DNA of 52,286 nt, counting the filler, from Sphacelaria rigidula (Eukaryota): the NCBI GenBank assembly GCA_964200075.2. It is 4 parts of 4 records of this genome, joined end to end, with 100 filler letters (N's around TTAATTAATTAA, not from the genome) between each part and the next. Parts side by side here need not be neighbours in the genome. Positions count along the whole stretch, not along the records: positions 39,293 to 52,286 come from CAXNAA020003243.1; 3 more parts are not named here. One strand, given 5' to 3'. Position 1 is the stretch's first letter; each line of letters starts with the position of its first letter. This document shows, piece by piece, positions 46,951 through 52,286 of the stretch. Below the pieces are notes generated by a model. It did no database searches, had not been told where the DNA came from, and worked only from the letters and a program-made list of their open reading frames with translations. The position numbers were made by a program, and so were the translations under genes.

Positions 46951-49900
46951 ATGGACGATATCCTTGGGGCGCAGTATGAGACTGCCGACTTGAACGGCGC
47001 GGGTGGTGGCGGTGCAGGGTGCAGCAGCATGGAAGAATCCGAGCGGATCGCGTGTGCCTTGCAAGAGCAGGAGTGGCTGCGGCCTACCCCAACTCCAACG
47101 CCCGTCGCCATCGTTCTTCCTGGTCCGGTCGCGCCCGCTGCAGGCGAGAGCCGTTGTCCCCGTAATGACTCCCTGCCAAGAACGGGCACAAGAAGGTGGG
47201 GCAGCATAAGTAATGGCAGCGTTTCCGCCGTACGCTCATCGCGAACCGGTCTGGGACAGGCGAGCCAGCGCGGCGTTGCTCACCGTGATGAGGGGTCAGG
47301 GATTACTGCGCTGCCGTGCGGGTATGGCGATGGGAAAAGGTCGCCGTTATCGACCGGAGAAAAGCAAAATACGGCCGGTAACGTTGAGGGTTTGTCCGCG
47401 GCGGCTCCTGGTGGAAGTCCTGCGCCTTGTCGTAGGATCACGCGGTTGTCTCGTGGTGTTGGTGGCGATGATGGAGGCAGTCTCGTTGCTGCTGTCGTTG
47501 GTTATGGTGGCGGTGGTGCGGCGGATGATGACAGGACAGGTGTGGCCGGGAAGGCAGAGGTCCATGGGCTGACAGACTGCTTCTGTGGGCTTCCGCTGAA
47601 CGAAGTTCCAGATGTAAGGGTGCAGGGTCGAAGATGACGAGGCATGGCGCCGGGGGGTGGGGGTAGTCAGAGTCGATCAAGCTCGGAAATGGTGATCGTG
47701 ATTTGTCTTCCTCAGTGACAAGAATCCAACCTGTACGTGTTTTGAGGGGAAATGGCTAGTTGGCAGCGTTCGCTTGTCGACTGGTGGACGCGCCGCGCAT
47801 GAGAGTGTAGCCGCAAGTGGCGAGCGAGCGTTTGTCCATTTGCAAGGCAGCATCTGCCGCACTCTTGGTGTACCTTGCGTATTTCACTTTGTCATTTTCT
47901 ACTTTGACCCATCCGTTAATTCTCTTGATGCGCCTGCATAATGTCTGTCGGCCTCACTCTCGTATTCCCAGGAGATCGTCTACAAAGTAGCAAAATTCAC
48001 TCAACTGCCACGGAGCATCTCGGCACGTTTCGAGCGGATACGGGTGAAGGTGAGGAGCATCTCCGTCGTGATGTCCTTCAATTTTGTGCGTGATAGCAAA
48101 ATACAAAATATGCGGGGCATAAACCTTTTTTTCAATTTTTGCTTCGATGGAATTAGTCACATCGTTCGACGGCATGCCAAACAGTATGCTTAATTTGAGG
48201 GCCCGAAAGTGACTCGAACTTGACAGCGTCACCCTGTGCCGTTTGTATGACGGTGAATCTTGCGTTGTTATTCTCGTGAGCGGTGCATTTAAAATAAAAA
48301 TAAAAAACACGAGGTTATTCGGGCGCTTTCATGCGTTGTGTATTGCCTTTTTTCCCAGCAATGGGTATTGGTGTAGAGAAAACTTTGAATTCAACAAACC
48401 GGGTGGCATTTCGTAACTGCCGTGTTCGTACAGTCGTACATCGTGTTGCTCCACAGGAAAGATCAAGGAGTACAAAATACCACACCCTGGACAATTGATT
48501 ATATTGTCAAAAATGTACGGCGCACAGTATGGGATATATTGTCTGTTGCAATAGGCGCAATAGTCGATACTGTACGCAGTACACTTTTTGACTGTGTATT
48601 CTGTTGTCCAAGGTGTGCAAAATACACATATACCGGATACATGTGCATGGAAGAAGATTGAGTACGCCACCTTGATTGTTTGACGTGCACCACCCCTGTC
48701 GCGACGGGGAAACAAACGAAAAGATCGTGCGCGAGCTGGTGGTGGCGGCCCTCGAATCTTCTGCGAAGTTACCTGAGGACAGGGCACTCGAGGTGGAAGC
48801 TGCTATATTTGCCCTCTTCGGCTGCTGCGTAAGCAAGGTAACCAAAACAGTACTTGTGTAGATGATGACTTGTGGGTACAAGGGTAGCAGGGGCATAGCT
48901 GTACCCGTCTGTGGGCGTCCTCATCATCTTCCGGTCCCATGTCATCATCACGCAGGCAGGCACCCCCATATTGGCGTCGAAACCGCTACAAAATAAGAGA
49001 CACCGACTGATTCAGATGCCGTTGTGACGGCAGAGCGCAGTCCAAACGTTGAGCAACCTCCTTGACCACTGACACGGGTAAACCATAATATGTCCGATCG
49101 GTGCTCTCTTCGAGCACTACATCGATAACCTCCTCCACTCATGGAGGCGCTTTCCCATCTCTTCCTCGTTTCTCTCTTCAGAGCGTGGTCTTATCAACGA
49201 CAGTGCGCAAACGCACAACTTTGACCGATCGCTGCTTCCACTGAAACTTGTTGCCCTGCTGTGCCTCTGGCTCACTCTTTACGTCTTTGCCCCCTTTGCT
49301 GCACGACGTTGACTGGCGACGCCCACAGGCGTACAAAGCCAAGGCCCGCGAGCTTTCCTTCAACCTCCGCGTGGGTAAGAACGACCCCTTGAGAGCGCGG
49401 GTCCTGTCGGGATCGCTCACGCCCGGTGCCTTGGTAAGTCCTGTTCCAGACCTCCCCCTTGTGGTATCTTTGCGCGAATCTAGTTCGGGTGGTGGTGTAT
49501 TTTGGAATGTGTTATTTCATTCGCTTTGGCCTTTACTGTTCCCCACTGTAAGTGTTGTCGGGCGCTGTGTGTTCTTGTTGGAAGTGTGGAGTGCATGCGC
49601 AAGTTTCCACGTGTAACATTCGGAAACGAGGCTGCCTCCCCTGACTGAAGGAGTGGGCCTCGTCGAGAACTGGCGCCTTTGATGAGAACTTTGTGGTCCT
49701 TGTTCTGTCTTGACGTTCAAGAGATGAATTCATTTGAACCCGTGTTCCGTCTGTCGTGTCCTACTTTTTTTCTCTGTGTTTCGATCACTTGCTGTTCTCA
49801 CAAAGCCAGCTTCTGTTCACTTTAGTTCCGAATCTTATGTCAACGCTGTCAGGAGTGTGGCAGATTGTTAGCCTTGTCATGTTTTGTATGCTGTTGCGCT

Positions 49901-51215
49901 TGTCAGGGTGGTTTTTACGTCCATTTTTGGTGATTGCCTGGTTTGAACGTGTGCCGTGTGAAATGTAACCGTTCCTATGTCTTTGGGGTCATCTTTGACA
50001 ATCTCTGCGCTCAGGTGCGAATGAGTTCGAACGAGCTGGCACCCTTGGCGGTTCGTCGAGAGCGAGAGCGGATCGCTCGCCGACGAATCAAAGAGGTACG
50101 GAGAATATTCCGCAGGGTGCTTCGAAACACACATACATACGACAGAACAGCGTAGGTCATCTTCTGGTTGTACTGGGTGTGGAGTACAGCGCTCGTCCAG
50201 TACCGGTCGAATATGTCCACTTATCGTGAGCCGTGGATAATGGTCCTGTGGTACTTCTTGCGCGTTTGTGAGAGGTCTTTCTTGCAGATCCGGTAAGCGC
50301 GTAGAAACCGAAATTGCTCTTCTTGTGGATCAAAGTACGGACAAAATTGTCAATCCGATGCTTTCTCGATGGGTATAACCAGTTCGTGCAAATCAGCGCA
50401 ACTGGTCAGTTGTGCGCATCTATAGGCGGAGTTTGCTTTGAATCAGATAAATGTCAAAATCGAAGTTCCGGGCGGTTTTGACACACGGCACCAATTAGTG
50501 CTTGCGTTGAAGGGCGTCCCAACGCATACTTTTCTAGGTGCAGTCCTGAATAAGATCTTGTATTGTACTCGTGAAGTGCGGTACCTTGAACATCCCGACG
50601 ACAATAGAGCAAATTCTTCATCTGCATAAGGTTTTTTAGTGTCATGATCGAAGCCGCTTTCGATGCACGTTGTGCTCGCTTAGACAGAGCAGTTGTAAAA
50701 GTTACCAGTGGGGTAGTTCGCAAAAATCTACAGACCCCGTGCACACGTTTGTTCCAGACGTCCTTTCAGAGGCCTTGTTACTTCTAGCAGAACATGCGGT
50801 GAAATTCCGTGGGACTGCACCCCCCGGTGACACGATTGTATCACTTGCATTCACCTCTAGCGTCACTGACTATCGTGTCGATGGGAAGATCTCGTCGGCA
50901 TATTTTTATGAACGATGTATCTGTGGAGTACAGGGGCTTCTCTCTTGATCCAGATCGCGGCTCAAGAACACATGGTCGGGGGCTGCTTTTCCCGTAGTCT
51001 GCCGTAGCCGTAGAGGTAGCTTGGGTGTTTCGTCATTGCAGGCAAAACTCACCGGTGTCCCTACACGACGACGGCGAAAACAAATTACGGGTGGGCAGGT
51101 GACTACGCCACGAAGCAGCCCGCTGCACACAATCACGGATCGCTTCTCGTGCCCAGAGTGTTCGCACGAAAGAACGCACTACCGGACTTGGCGCCGGAAG
51201 GCGATCGTTGATCGG
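46951..51215 (+). CDS. TFIIS-like protein (low-complexity N-terminus + TFIIS central domain + partial C-terminal zinc ribbon), 3'-incomplete
   Basis: Exons 46951-47613 (ACCATGG start; the true start may lie upstream), 48724-48837, 49329-49433, 50015-50095 and 51099-51215. All GT-AG, phase 0. Spliced product: ...VPD/IVRELVVAALESSAKLPEDRALEVEAAIFALFGCCVSK/AYKAKARELSFNLRVGKNDPLRARVLSGSLTPGAL/VRMSSNELAPLAVRRERERIARRRIKE/VTTPRSSPLHTITDRFSCPECSHERTHYRTWRRKAIVDR. This matches the TFIIS_M pattern (YKxKxRxLxFNL..KN..LR..VL.G.I.P..LV.M...ELA) and the TDxFxCxxC zinc-ribbon start. Confidence 0.8.
48481..48617. mobile_element. hAT-type MITE (137 bp) in an intron of the TFIIS-like gene
   Basis: 14-bp TIRs CACACCCTGGACAA / TTGTCCAAGGTGTG (1 mismatch). 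Perfect 8-bp TSD CAAAATAC at 48473-48480 and 48618-48625. Confidence 0.88.
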
Positions 51216-52215
51216 GTGAGTCTGTCATGTCGGTTGCTGTTTTTTCTGGAGGTGCGGTCGCCTTTCCGGTGCGGTACCGTTCCGGTGGGCATTCCGCCCC
51301 ATTTACATGTGTAATGTATTTGCGCATATGAGATACAGGTGTAGGAGGTACAGTAGTGGTTTGGATTTCCGCCGATACCAGTCAGTTTTCCGTCGTGAGT
51401 GCGCCCACGTCAGATCCGATGGGTTCGTTTGCGTACAGGTGTGTCCGTGTCGTGATCGGAAGTTAGAAGCTAGATCGTGCAAGCAATTAGTTGGATGGCT
51501 CATTTAATCGGAATAGCGGTACGATTGCACAACAGACCTCATTCTGCACTACTGTCGTTCAAGCGCTTGCGGCGCGGTATGAAGACTCCTTCTCAGTAGT
51601 TCTGCATGTTCATTTTCGCTGCATGCCTGATGGCCGCGGAAACTGGGCAGCGATCGCAACAATAGAGTTGGTGGTTGTTTCCACAGTAAAAGAAATGATG
51701 CCAATCGGACGAACGAACGCTTGGTGAGAATAAGAACGATGCATGCCGCCGGCTTGTGCCTCGTCGCATATCATCTTGTCCCTACACTTGAAAGTCCCGC
51801 TTACTTGCGAGCTGCCATTTTTCCCCCCGTTGTTTTCTGTTCCGCCTTGCTTGTGTGCCACCCGATTTTCGCACCTCCTGCTTTTTGTTCTGTTTGGTAT
51901 TTGTCCCATTTCCCTCCTCTCTTTCCGTGTGTCGTCTCTCCCTGTCTTTTGTTCCGACATTTTTTGGTCGACGGTGGGATCTGCTTGGCGCCTGCTATTT
52001 ATCATGGCTTATGGATGACGTCACGGGTGGTATCGCTACTATTTCGCACGCGTGTCGTATCCTTGTGGTGTGTTGGCACTTTTTTTCGGTGCGGCGTATC
52101 GGTGATGATGCTGTACTACTCCATGTGCGCACTTCATATGGTATGTCTCCGTATTCTTTGTGTTGGTTTGCACACTTTACTTTGCGCGTACGCCTCTGGG
52201 TGGTGGGATGTTCCT

Positions 52216-52256
<41 letters not shown>

Positions 52257-52286
52257 CACTCCTTCTTCTTTGCCTTCCCTTCTCTT

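Noticed and set aside
17899..51215. A linked system of NRPS-like enzyme, retroelement and TFIIS-like factor
   Set aside because: The three lie on different contigs joined artificially; adjacency carries no information.
51439..51507. Candidate last exon of the TFIIS-like gene (VCPCRDRKLEARSCKQLVGWLI*)
   Set aside because: It has an AG acceptor but does not give a convincing second CxxC...W pair. The true exon may lie beyond the pyrimidine tract at the contig end. Left unresolved.

Overview
Eukaryotic, intron-rich and transposon-rich DNA. A stramenopile, most likely a brown alga, is inferred from the TTAGGG repeats, long introns and gene content; this cannot be confirmed here. The window is not one locus. 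It is four contigs (1-13000, 13101-26097, 26198-39192, 39293-52286; 13000/12997/12995/12994 bp) joined by identical 100-bp N44-TTAATTAATTAA-N44 linkers. Contig 1: a spliced gene for a ~124-aa Pro/Cys-rich putative membrane protein, with MITE and foldback repeats in its introns. Contig 2: a multi-exon AASDH/ACSF4-like NRPS-like gene (adenylation-PCP-PQQ propeller; minus strand; one GC-AG intron) and an inverted telomeric-repeat junction. Contig 3: five ~98-bp piggyBac-type MITEs, a tRNA-derived SINE, a 303/306-bp tandem repeat and a decayed Ty3/Gypsy pol interrupted by a hAT MITE. Contig 4: Harbinger and hAT non-autonomous elements, and a spliced TFIIS-like gene whose zinc ribbon appears to lack the catalytic acidic hairpin. 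I found no CRISPR array, rRNA or real tRNA gene. No multi-gene novel system can be supported. The best leads are the atypical TFIIS paralogue, the small Cys-rich protein and several apparently uncatalogued MITE families. All gene models were spliced by eye and need RNA-seq confirmation.
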